From Methanobacteriota archaeon (GTDB taxonomy: Archaea > Thermoplasmatota > Poseidoniia > Poseidoniales > Thalassarchaeaceae), in assembly GCA_016845345.1 (NCBI GenBank), contig JAERSV010000080.1, positions 8,750 to 72,749 of the forward strand: a stretch of 64,000 bases of DNA. Reading direction: 5' to 3'. Position numbers and translations under genes: made by a program. The stretch's first letter is position 1, and each line of letters opens with the position of its first letter. Of the stretch, positions 19,719 to 28,625 are shown in pieces. The notes below the pieces were generated by a model that had not been told where the DNA came from, ran no database searches, and saw only the letters and a list, made by a program, of their open reading frames with translations.

Positions 19719-19739
19719 AGTTGGTTCAATGATTTTACC
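19719..19739 (-). promoter_or_regulatory. 21-bp upstream motif GGTAAAATCATTGAACCAACT (copy 2)
   Basis: Near-identical to 18521-18541; upstream of the wHTH regulator. Confidence 0.6.
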
Positions 19740-19879
19740 AAATTTTAAACAGACCTTCTCACTGAAATTGTCTACTAATATCATCCATCATCAATAATTT
19801 CAGGGCTGAATCTGTGTGAAAATATTGGTTGTGACGCGTGTTCATCTTCAGCCAAAGATTACTTTTCTGTACTTTCTTA

Positions 19880-21802
19880 TCATTCAACTTCATTTGATTT
19901 ATTGCCATTAGCAATCGCTATTATTAGAACTAAAATTACTAAAATTAGTGGTACTGTATATGTGATAATATCAGCACTTCCGGAGGTATCTGATGGTTCG
20001 TTATTACCACTTGTAACCTCTTTATTTGCTAAACTGCATTCCATTTCATCGAGCACTTGCTCGGAAAAGAACACATTGCACTGGATTTTCTCAATTTCAG
20101 TGTTTCTAAGAATTATATCGGCTAAAGTTGTGCTATCTATCTGGTCTTGGATATCCTCCATATCTGAAAATTCCGAACCATAATACAGCCTGTCACCATC
20201 TCTCAATCTTGTGAATTGCTCTTTGATTATGACATGCATCGTCTCTCCGAGAGCTGAATTTTCGAGGTGTTCTTCTGCCAACATTCCAATCAATGCATCA
20301 ACACTGTCAACATCAGGATATGTGTTGTTCAAGGCTTCAATAGTTGTATTGTCGCTTGTGAAATCACTCCAATTCGTATATCGTGCTAATCCAAATGCTT
20401 CGCGCACGGTGTTGAAATCAGGTACCCCGTGGTCTCGTCCTCGTTGAGTATCAATGGCACACAAATCCATACCCCCTGCACCTGGAGGGCCAAACATTTG
20501 GTTTCGTAAATCGTCGACGAACATCAAATCATTTTCTGGTTGAACATTGAAGGCAAGACCGCGCAATATAGGCCCAATCCCACCGCCCTCGGTAATTGGT
20601 GTAACATCAAAGAATCCCTCCCTAAGTGCGAGATGACCCCCTGTTGCCGTCATTCGTGACTCATTCAGTCTTAACATCGAACTTCCAATTTGACTATGAC
20701 CCATGCGGAATGCAACTGTTGCAAACTCATTTGAAATGGCTGGGTTAATTGTCGAATCATATCCACTGTAGGAATCTAATTCAATTCCCAAAGATGGCAA
20801 GAATTCATTGTAGGTGATTGACTCAATCAATCCGATATTTATGTGCCGTGCATATTGGTAAATCTGCTCATCAGACCAGTCAGGATTCCTATCCAAGATT
20901 TCACCAGCCAAACGGTTGTGTTCCCTAACAAATAAAATATGCATAGAAAGTAATGCTACGTGCTCATTTGCTCTCGCATCTCCTGCCACGAATGAATTAG
21001 AGAAATTGAAGCCAGCAAATGACATGCCTGGTGTTGTAGGGTCTTCTGCATAATTTGCTTGGGGCAATAAATCACCTTCATCAAAATCACTAACTTTCAT
21101 CCTACCATCTTGGTATTCTCGCAACCAATTCGCTCGTCCTTCATCACTGCCATATACTACTGAACCATCAATCCAAGTTGAAATCGTGTTAGGATGTTCT
21201 CTCTGATTTAGTGGGTCTCCGTCCCCCGTGCCCTCAGCCACTAATGAACGGAAAAATCTCATTTGTAAACCGCCAGGGAATCCCATCCATTCATCGTTTT
21301 CTGAAATTGGAATATATGCTGTATCCGGTTGATCTTGATTTGGTGTCCTACCATCTTGAGTTGTCGTATGGTCAATATCATGGGTGATGAACTGTCCCCA
21401 CAGCCAGTTGTAGTCAGACAATCCTCGTGAATCAGGGTGTGACTGATCTTCTTGACAAAGGGAATTGCTAATTTCACGTGGGTTCGGAATATCCTCACGG
21501 TCCCAAAAAGTGAGGTTTTCACCATCAGTTGTAGGATATCTCTCTGCGAATCGAGAAAGTTCCGACCCGACTACCCCATATTCAGGGTGTTCGATATTTA
21601 CCCCAGAACCATCATATCCATACTGGGCCCCAGCATCGATGACAGATTCATCTGTTGAGGCATAGGTCGTAGCACCATCCTCCTTTTCAATACTTGAAGC
21701 CGACACTGTTGCCAATCCTAACAACATGAAAAGTGCAACTGTTAATGATGCAAATCTTTTGCGATTTGAGACTTCGTTATTTGATTCAAAATTTCTTGGC
21801 AT
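19880..21802 (-). CDS. Secreted, membrane-anchored animal-type heme peroxidase (peroxidase-cyclooxygenase superfamily), catalytic residues intact
   Basis: PNPREISN, WGQFITHD (distal His), WIDGSVVYG, AGDARANE (distal Arg), FVREHNRLA, FRMGHSQ (proximal His), QRGRDHG, RLRDGDR; signal peptide and C-terminal TM. Confidence 0.92.
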   Translation of the reverse strand: MPRNFESNNEVSNRKRFASLTVALFMLLGLATVSASSIEKEDGATTYASTDESVIDAGAQYGYDGSGVNIEHPEYGVVGSELSRFAERYPTTDGENLTFWDREDIPNPREISNSLCQEDQSHPDSRGLSDYNWLWGQFITHDIDHTTTQDGRTPNQDQPDTAYIPISENDEWMGFPGGLQMRFFRSLVAEGTGDGDPLNQREHPNTISTWIDGSVVYGSDEGRANWLREYQDGRMKVSDFDEGDLLPQANYAEDPTTPGMSFAGFNFSNSFVAGDARANEHVALLSMHILFVREHNRLAGEILDRNPDWSDEQIYQYARHINIGLIESITYNEFLPSLGIELDSYSGYDSTINPAISNEFATVAFRMGHSQIGSSMLRLNESRMTATGGHLALREGFFDVTPITEGGGIGPILRGLAFNVQPENDLMFVDDLRNQMFGPPGAGGMDLCAIDTQRGRDHGVPDFNTVREAFGLARYTNWSDFTSDNTTIEALNNTYPDVDSVDALIGMLAEEHLENSALGETMHVIIKEQFTRLRDGDRLYYGSEFSDMEDIQDQIDSTTLADIILRNTEIEKIQCNVFFSEQVLDEMECSLANKEVTSGNNEPSDTSGSADIITYTVPLILVILVLIIAIANGNKSNEVE

Positions 21803-21804
21803 TT

Positions 21805-23715
21805 TTATTCCTCCTCGATTTCTTTTTCCTCTAGGTTCTCTATTTCTCTTCCTGAAAATACTACTACCGCTATCAACATTAATGCTATCATTATCCCTAC
21901 ATAGGTGCTCGTTTTAGTTGAACTTACCCCATCATTTCCTCCTGAAATGAGCGGAGCATCTGAATTTGCCAGATGGCACTGAAAACTGCTGGCATCGCTC
22001 TCAGCAAAGAATACATCGCATTGAATCGATTCAATTCCTGTATTTCGGAGGATAATATCAGACAACCGCAGAGAATTGAACTCACTGGTTAACGAATTTA
22101 ACTCAGCATCATTCTCATACCAGAATCTATCTGCATCACGCAGTCTTTGGAACTGGTCCAATACCAACATCTGTTGGGTTTCCCCATAGATTGAATATTC
22201 GAGTCTATCTTCTGCCATTACACCGATATATGCATCGATGCTATCAACATCTAGATACGCTGATGCTAATTTTTGTTGTGAATCAACATCTGAACTGATA
22301 TCACTCCAATTCGTGACCCTCTCAAGCCCAAGACCTTCTCTTAATGAATTGTAATCTGTGAGTCCACGGTCACGGCCTCGTTGGATGTCCATTGCACAAT
22401 CATCCATCCAGCCACCCCACATTGCCCCACTCATCAAGTTGCGAAGACTGGGGATAACTGCCAAATCCATTTCTCTTTGAGTATCGTATGCAGCACCTCG
22501 AATCGTGGTATCAATTCCACCAACCTCAATTAGTGAAGATGAGGTCCAAAAGCCATCCCTCAAATCCAAATGTCCGACTTCAGTTTCGTTGAGTCCTTCA
22601 TCAAATTGCAGCCAACCATCAGCCATCTGACTACCTGTAGCAAATCCTGCTAACAAGATGTATTCATTACTTAATTGTGGATTAATAGTTGAATTATAAC
22701 CGGTATAATCATCCAAATTAATTCCAATGGATGGGAGATATTCATTGTATGTAATCGCTTGAATTTCAGCCTGAACTAATTTCTTCGTCCGCTGAAATAC
22801 CTGTTCATCATTCCAATCAGAATTGCGCTCGCTCACACCATCTGCAATTCGGTTGTGTTCCCTGATGAACAAGACTTGCAGTGAAGTGAGACCAATGTGC
22901 TCTAGGTTCCTTGAATCACCGGTAAAAAATTGGAGATTGGGGTCATCCCCCGACGCACTCTCTACATATTCAGTTATGCGAGCAGGTACCATGTCCCAAC
23001 CTCGAACGTCGGTTACTTTTAGACGCCCCCCCTCACCACTGCGAAGATAATCTTGAAATTCTACACTAAAGGAATATATTGAGCCCCCATCAATCCAACT
23101 ACTCACCTCATTCGGATACTCCCGAGGATTTTCTTCACCATCTCCTGTACCAGAAATGAATTCAGTTCGTAAATATTTGATTCGTGAATCTTCTACACCT
23201 CCTGGATTCATAATTCCATCATCAATTGGAATCAGAATGTGTGCCTCTTCCAGTCCACCTTCATGAGAAGAGTCTTGATGAGTGGTGAGTTGCATATCGT
23301 TGTTGATAAATTCAGACCAAAGTACATTCATGTTTGAAAGACCAAGTGGACTTGGTGTAACACTTGTTTCTACACAAACTTGATTCGAAATAATTCGTGG
23401 ATTTTCATATTCGGGGTGCGCCATTTCAGAGATATTGTCATCAAAAGATGGTGAAGTTAATCGATTGATTTGGCTGTCAACCGCACCCCAATCGTTGTTA
23501 GCAATATTATTGCCACTACCATCATTATTTCTCATTTCTTGCGGTGCCATTTCATCATCAGATGCGAACAAACTCGACTCTTCTTTAGCAACTGGTGTTG
23601 CGGCTGTTGGAAGCGATAACGAGACCGATAAGAGCAAAATTGCCATTATTTGTGAGAAGAAGCGAGTTGCAGTGAAGCCTCGAGAACGCTTTTGCAACCT
23701 ATAGGGGGTAGACAT
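21805..23715 (-). CDS. Animal-type heme peroxidase paralog lacking distal and proximal His (probable pseudo-peroxidase)
   Basis: Same fold motifs (RNNDGSGNN, NPRIISN, WIDGG, GDSR, FIREHNRIA, QRGRDRG, RLRDADRFWYEN) but WSEFINND in place of WGQFxxHD and AGFATGSQ in place of AFRMGHSQ. Confidence 0.88.
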   Translation of the reverse strand: MSTPYRLQKRSRGFTATRFFSQIMAILLLSVSLSLPTAATPVAKEESSLFASDDEMAPQEMRNNDGSGNNIANNDWGAVDSQINRLTSPSFDDNISEMAHPEYENPRIISNQVCVETSVTPSPLGLSNMNVLWSEFINNDMQLTTHQDSSHEGGLEEAHILIPIDDGIMNPGGVEDSRIKYLRTEFISGTGDGEENPREYPNEVSSWIDGGSIYSFSVEFQDYLRSGEGGRLKVTDVRGWDMVPARITEYVESASGDDPNLQFFTGDSRNLEHIGLTSLQVLFIREHNRIADGVSERNSDWNDEQVFQRTKKLVQAEIQAITYNEYLPSIGINLDDYTGYNSTINPQLSNEYILLAGFATGSQMADGWLQFDEGLNETEVGHLDLRDGFWTSSSLIEVGGIDTTIRGAAYDTQREMDLAVIPSLRNLMSGAMWGGWMDDCAMDIQRGRDRGLTDYNSLREGLGLERVTNWSDISSDVDSQQKLASAYLDVDSIDAYIGVMAEDRLEYSIYGETQQMLVLDQFQRLRDADRFWYENDAELNSLTSEFNSLRLSDIILRNTGIESIQCDVFFAESDASSFQCHLANSDAPLISGGNDGVSSTKTSTYVGIMIALMLIAVVVFSGREIENLEEKEIEEE

Positions 23716-23872
23716 CTCTCAACCACTTTTTACGAGTAGTTCCTCGGGTTAGAACCTTTTTCTATGGAATGAACTTAAATTTTTTGAACTGTACGATTTA
23801 ATTGTGTGGGGATGTTTCATAGGTAAAATCTCTGTGGTTAATGTTGCCGAAGTACGCGCGAGGGGTTCCATA

Positions 23873-26143
23873 ATGGCAATAAATCAAATTCAACGCCCCA
23901 AAAAAATTGCAATAATTTTGGCAATTCTAACGATTGCAAGCCTTCTTTCAGCACTTCCCTCTCCAGCACTTGCACATTCACAGGGTGTACCAACTGAAAC
24001 AATGGTTACCTTCACCGATGTTTCCGAAGCAAGTGGCATAAGTATCATTGACACTGGTCCAAAAACAAATTGGGTTAGTTATGGACCGGGAATTTCGGTT
24101 GATGATTGTGACCAGGATGGAGACATGGATGTCATGGTTACTGCAAGATACGACCATCTATCTTACGAAAATTCCGAATTTGAATCCGGTTCAATTCAAT
24201 TTATGTTGAACAATGGAGATGGAACATTCACAGACTGGACCATTGAATCTGGCATGAATTTAGAAAATACAACTGTAATCGGGTCTTCTTGGGCAGATTA
24301 CGATAATGATGGTGACAAAGATGTTTATCTCAGCGCTTTTGGCGAATCAGATGTTGATAATTTAGAATCGGGTGAGAAAAATATCCTCTTCAAAAATATT
24401 GGAAATTGTCAGTTTACTGATGTCACTGACCTGACTGGTGTGGGCGAAGGTGCTCAAGCCACCGCCGTTGTAGTAAATGGAAACGTCACGGAAGTTGTAA
24501 TGCAAAATGTAGGGTCAAATTATGCAACATCTGGCGGACTTGCTCCTGCAATTTATTTCCGTGATGCCTACGGTAATGGCGCAGTCGCTGAGGCTATTGT
24601 CACAGTTGACGGTGCTATATCATCGGTTTCCATTACCAATGGAGGCGAGGGTTACGACTCTGAAAATCCACCTGAAGTGATATTTGTCAGCGGTGTGGCT
24701 AACTACGGCCATAGCACAACTGCAATTTGGTCTGACTACGACCATGATGGTGATGTTGACCTCTATTCAATGAATCTCGGCATTGTCGATGAAGAATTAT
24801 ACTGGGCGCGTACAGAAACCAACTTTCTCTATCGAAATGACGGCGATATTGACGGCGACGGTGAGATAGAATTCAGTGATGTAACAAATTTCGCTGGTGT
24901 CAGCGGCCAAGCCGAAGTCTCAGATTCGCCGAATCAATTCTTCCTTTCAGGACTCTACAGAATGGACCAAGCCAGTCCTTCAAACCCCTCAACCATGGCA
25001 CAAATCGCTTCCGCAGATTATCTAGGAACTGGGCTTTCCTTTGCAGGATTATGGTTTGATTATGATAATGATGGCTGGGAAGATCTCTACGTTGCCTCAG
25101 ATTTTGGTATGTCACCAATCTATCACAATAATCGCGACGGTACTTTCACTGTGGTTACAAAAGAGTTGGAAATGGACCTGCCCGGTACTGGCATGGGAGC
25201 ACATGCAGGGGATTGGGATGGAGATGGAGACCTTGACCTGTGTCACTCAAACTTCGGGCCAAACTACCTTTGGGAAAACGATGGTGGGAATTCATTCACT
25301 GAGAGAAGCCGTGACTTGGGATTCCGTGATGCAGGCACCGCTGGCTCATTTGTTGCGGTGAACTGGGCTTGCCAATTCTTTGACTACGACCTTGATGGGG
25401 ATTTGGACATCTTCTTTGGAGTTGGAAGAATCAACCGCTTTACAGCCTACAATAATAATACATTATACAGAAATGATGGTGATATTGATGGTGATGGTTT
25501 TGTCAATTTTGTTGATATTAGTGGCGAAATCGGCTTAAGAACTGGAATTAATGGAAACAAAACCATGGGAGTTTCAATCTTTGATTACGATAATGATGGT
25601 GACTTAGATATCATGCTTGGTCACTCAGACAGAGCACCTCAATTATTCTCAAACAATGCTGTTGAGGAAACCAGCCGCCATTGGCTAAAAGTTCAACTTG
25701 AAGGACGACAGACAGATGTCGCTACATCCGAAAGTGGTGGACAGCGCGATTATTCAAACAGTTATGGTACTGGATGCTTAGTTACCGTGACCCTCAAAGA
25801 TGGTCACCAATTAAGTCAACACGTGTATGCTGGAAGCGGATTCTTAGGAAGTAACGAACCAACTGTTCACTTTGGTTTGGATACTGATGATTCGGTAAAA
25901 TCAGTTGAGGTTGTTTGGTCGACGGGGATTACCCAAATTGAAAGAAATGTTGAAGCAGACCAAACTCTTGTGATGGAGGAACCAACGAGTTTGTTCTTCA
26001 TGCTTTTTGGTATTGGATTACATCAAAATATTAATTCAGCCCTCTATCTATTATTCACTATCATCTTGATTGGTGCTGTATTCAAAATTTATAACACCAA
26101 AAATGATTCAACAACTGAAGATAAAAACTCAGAAGAAGAGTAA
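23873..26143 (+). CDS. CRTAC1-family FG-GAP repeat protein with ASPIC/UnbV C-terminal domain, membrane anchored
   Basis: Multiple DYDNDGDxD FG-GAP repeats, FTDV...G blades, HWLKVQLEG...GSGFLGSNEPTVHFGL...VEVVWSTG (ASPIC/UnbV), C-terminal TM; ATG at 23873 preferred over 23804. Confidence 0.88.
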   Translation: MAINQIQRPKKIAIILAILTIASLLSALPSPALAHSQGVPTETMVTFTDVSEASGISIIDTGPKTNWVSYGPGISVDDCDQDGDMDVMVTARYDHLSYENSEFESGSIQFMLNNGDGTFTDWTIESGMNLENTTVIGSSWADYDNDGDKDVYLSAFGESDVDNLESGEKNILFKNIGNCQFTDVTDLTGVGEGAQATAVVVNGNVTEVVMQNVGSNYATSGGLAPAIYFRDAYGNGAVAEAIVTVDGAISSVSITNGGEGYDSENPPEVIFVSGVANYGHSTTAIWSDYDHDGDVDLYSMNLGIVDEELYWARTETNFLYRNDGDIDGDGEIEFSDVTNFAGVSGQAEVSDSPNQFFLSGLYRMDQASPSNPSTMAQIASADYLGTGLSFAGLWFDYDNDGWEDLYVASDFGMSPIYHNNRDGTFTVVTKELEMDLPGTGMGAHAGDWDGDGDLDLCHSNFGPNYLWENDGGNSFTERSRDLGFRDAGTAGSFVAVNWACQFFDYDLDGDLDIFFGVGRINRFTAYNNNTLYRNDGDIDGDGFVNFVDISGEIGLRTGINGNKTMGVSIFDYDNDGDLDIMLGHSDRAPQLFSNNAVEETSRHWLKVQLEGRQTDVATSESGGQRDYSNSYGTGCLVTVTLKDGHQLSQHVYAGSGFLGSNEPTVHFGLDTDDSVKSVEVVWSTGITQIERNVEADQTLVMEEPTSLFFMLFGIGLHQNINSALYLLFTIILIGAVFKIYNTKNDSTTEDKNSEEE

Positions 26144-26155
26144 TAATAGGGCGGG

Positions 26156-27226
26156 ATGAAACAATCCATTGGGGCGAGCATGGCTGGTAAGAAATCAACA
26201 TCAAATGAGGACGATGGAGGTCCAAAACTTGATGATGATAAATTGGAGAAAAAACTCCGCGCATCTGCTCGTACTGTCGTCAGAACTTGTATGCAAATGC
26301 GGTCATATGAAAATACACTAATTATCACTGACCCATATACCGCTCAAATAGGCCAAGCGATTTACGAGCAAGCCTCACTAATCTCTGAAAGAGTACTCCT
26401 CTTGATGATGCCATCTTCTCATCAGCATGGCGATGAACCGCCAGGCGCAGTCTCTGAATTGATGCGTAAACAACAGGTTGTAATCGCTCCAACGCGGTTC
26501 TCACTGACGCATACGCGGGCAACGCGAATTGCCCGCAATGATGGGGCTAGAATAGCAACTCTACCGGGGATTACACTTGACATCTTTACAGAAGGAGGCA
26601 TGACTGCAGATTTTGACCGCCTCCGTGAGGAAATCACAAGGGTAGGAGGCAATCTCAAACGCCGACGTCACATCAAGATAACAAGCGAGGCTGGAACCGA
26701 TGTTGAATTTGAAGTCGAACATCGACGATGGAAACTAGAAGACAATGGGATTTGCAACCGGCCAAGTCATGTTACAAATCTACCAGCAGGAAAAATTTTC
26801 ACTAGGCCAAAGAAAGATACGATGAATGGGAAATTAGTGATTGATGGGTCTTGGGATTCCACACTTCTTGAGGAACCACTGACATTCACGATTAGAGATG
26901 GACTGGTAACTTCTGTGCAAGGTGGACCTATGGCTGAACTCATCGAAGAAGCATATGAAAGAGCGGCTGAAAGACTGAAACCAAAGGACAAAGACTTGGT
27001 TTGGACAGTTGCAGAATTTGGATTTGGAATGAATCCTAAAGCGCGACTAGTTGGTAATGTATTGGAGGATGAGAAGGTCAAAGGAACCTGTTACTTGGGA
27101 TTCGGGGATAATACTGCTCTTGGAGGTTCTGCAAATGTTGGTATACACCACACAGCAGTGATGCTTGAACCTACAATTCACCTTGATGAAATGGTTCTTC
27201 TGCAAGCTGGTGAAGTCCTTGACTGA
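26156..27226 (+). CDS. Aminopeptidase (M29/thermophilic metalloprotease-like)
   Basis: SLTHTRA, GARIATLPG, GTDVEF, NLPAGKIF, VAEFGFGMNP.A.L.GNVLEDEKV.GT...GFGDN..LGG....IH. Confidence 0.85.
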   Translation: MKQSIGASMAGKKSTSNEDDGGPKLDDDKLEKKLRASARTVVRTCMQMRSYENTLIITDPYTAQIGQAIYEQASLISERVLLLMMPSSHQHGDEPPGAVSELMRKQQVVIAPTRFSLTHTRATRIARNDGARIATLPGITLDIFTEGGMTADFDRLREEITRVGGNLKRRRHIKITSEAGTDVEFEVEHRRWKLEDNGICNRPSHVTNLPAGKIFTRPKKDTMNGKLVIDGSWDSTLLEEPLTFTIRDGLVTSVQGGPMAELIEEAYERAAERLKPKDKDLVWTVAEFGFGMNPKARLVGNVLEDEKVKGTCYLGFGDNTALGGSANVGIHHTAVMLEPTIHLDEMVLLQAGEVLD

Positions 27227-27234
27227 AGAAAAAT

Positions 27235-28599
27235 TCACAGATTGCCATTACAGACTGGACAATACTGCCAACTTTGTTCTACCCCAATCCCACAACGAGA
27301 GCAATTTTTTCCCGACTGAATGTTGTGGTGAATTGGTTGGGCTTGTGCTTGTGGAGCATGTGGTCCGCCACTTACCAAATCTGAAACTGAATCAAGGGCA
27401 GATTGCTCAGGATGGTTCGAAGGAGCCGCTGGCCACCCAGTATCAGGCATCTGTGGCGGTTCTTGAGATTGCAACCCTATTGCCGGGGCTGATGGAGAAC
27501 TTGAACCGATTGGAGCGCGCTTTGGTGTGACGGCTTGAGAGGGAGGTTGCACTGGTTCTGTCGGTGTGGGTTGTGCAATTTGTGGTTCTACAACAGGCTC
27601 AGGCTGTTCTACTACAGGTGGTGATGGTGAAATACCCTCTTGAAGAGTTGAAACTGGTTCTGCATCCACTGGTGAAACCGGCACATCTATATCTGCAGCA
27701 GCAGAAAACTGAGAAGCGAATGCATCGCTAGCATCAACCTGCTTAACCTCTGTTGGTCGATTTGATTCAATTTCAAGTGCTGGTTCCTTTGCAATAACCA
27801 TGGGTTTAGTTACCGCTTCTTCAGTCGGTTTTTGAGATACCACATTTACCGGTTGAGGAGATGTTGGTGCTGGCGCTGGCGCTACTACTGGCGCAGGCGA
27901 AGGCACCATGGCTGGCGCTGGTGATGGCACAGACGCAGGCGCTGGACCAACTTGCGGTGTTGGCGTCGGCGCTACGACAGGAGCCGGAGCTGGCTGAGTT
28001 GCATGAGTTGGTGCACCAAGACATGAAATTGGCGTCACGGACCCCGTCTTGGCCTGCTCAATTGCGATATTCAATTCTTGAGATAATTGTAACAAGACTG
28101 CTTTGTTGGCGGCCGGTGACGCGACCAATCCTGCATATTGTGAAACATAATGTCCGAGTAATGGTAATCCACCGATTAAATGCCCCAGTCCGAACATTTT
28201 GAGTAGAGAAAAGATATCTGTTAGTGATTCAAGTGCATTCATCTCGTGTTCGACAAAACCTGGGTGTACTCCTACGTTACCCTCCGAATCTTCTCCCCCA
28301 AGGAAAAACCTGAGTGGATCGCTGAGAGAAACTAGACCAAAAGGCCCTGTCAGGAGATAATATATCTCGCCACCCTCACAACTAAGTCTTTGAGCAGCCT
28401 CTTCAAAACCAAATTCTGGTTGTAAAACCAAATCAATAGCGATTGAGAAAAACTCACCCATTCCATTTATTGGGTCTGTCTGATTAAGGTGCAAGATAAT
28501 GTCAGCCGAATCTGTTACACCGAAGTATGCTGCAGCTTCGTCCACAGCAATTCCTTGCGGCAATGAGGCTCCTTCAACCTCAACCTCGCTTGGATTCAT
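27235..28599 (-). CDS. Hypothetical protein with Pro/Ala-rich linker and C-terminal zinc ribbon
   Basis: Long PAPAP low-complexity region; C-terminal CSRCG...WQYCPVC. Confidence 0.75.
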   Translation of the reverse strand: MNPSEVEVEGASLPQGIAVDEAAAYFGVTDSADIILHLNQTDPINGMGEFFSIAIDLVLQPEFGFEEAAQRLSCEGGEIYYLLTGPFGLVSLSDPLRFFLGGEDSEGNVGVHPGFVEHEMNALESLTDIFSLLKMFGLGHLIGGLPLLGHYVSQYAGLVASPAANKAVLLQLSQELNIAIEQAKTGSVTPISCLGAPTHATQPAPAPVVAPTPTPQVGPAPASVPSPAPAMVPSPAPVVAPAPAPTSPQPVNVVSQKPTEEAVTKPMVIAKEPALEIESNRPTEVKQVDASDAFASQFSAAADIDVPVSPVDAEPVSTLQEGISPSPPVVEQPEPVVEPQIAQPTPTEPVQPPSQAVTPKRAPIGSSSPSAPAIGLQSQEPPQMPDTGWPAAPSNHPEQSALDSVSDLVSGGPHAPQAQAQPIHHNIQSGKNCSRCGIGVEQSWQYCPVCNGNL

Positions 28600-28625
28600 T
28601 TGTCATTCTCTCCTGATTAATTCGT

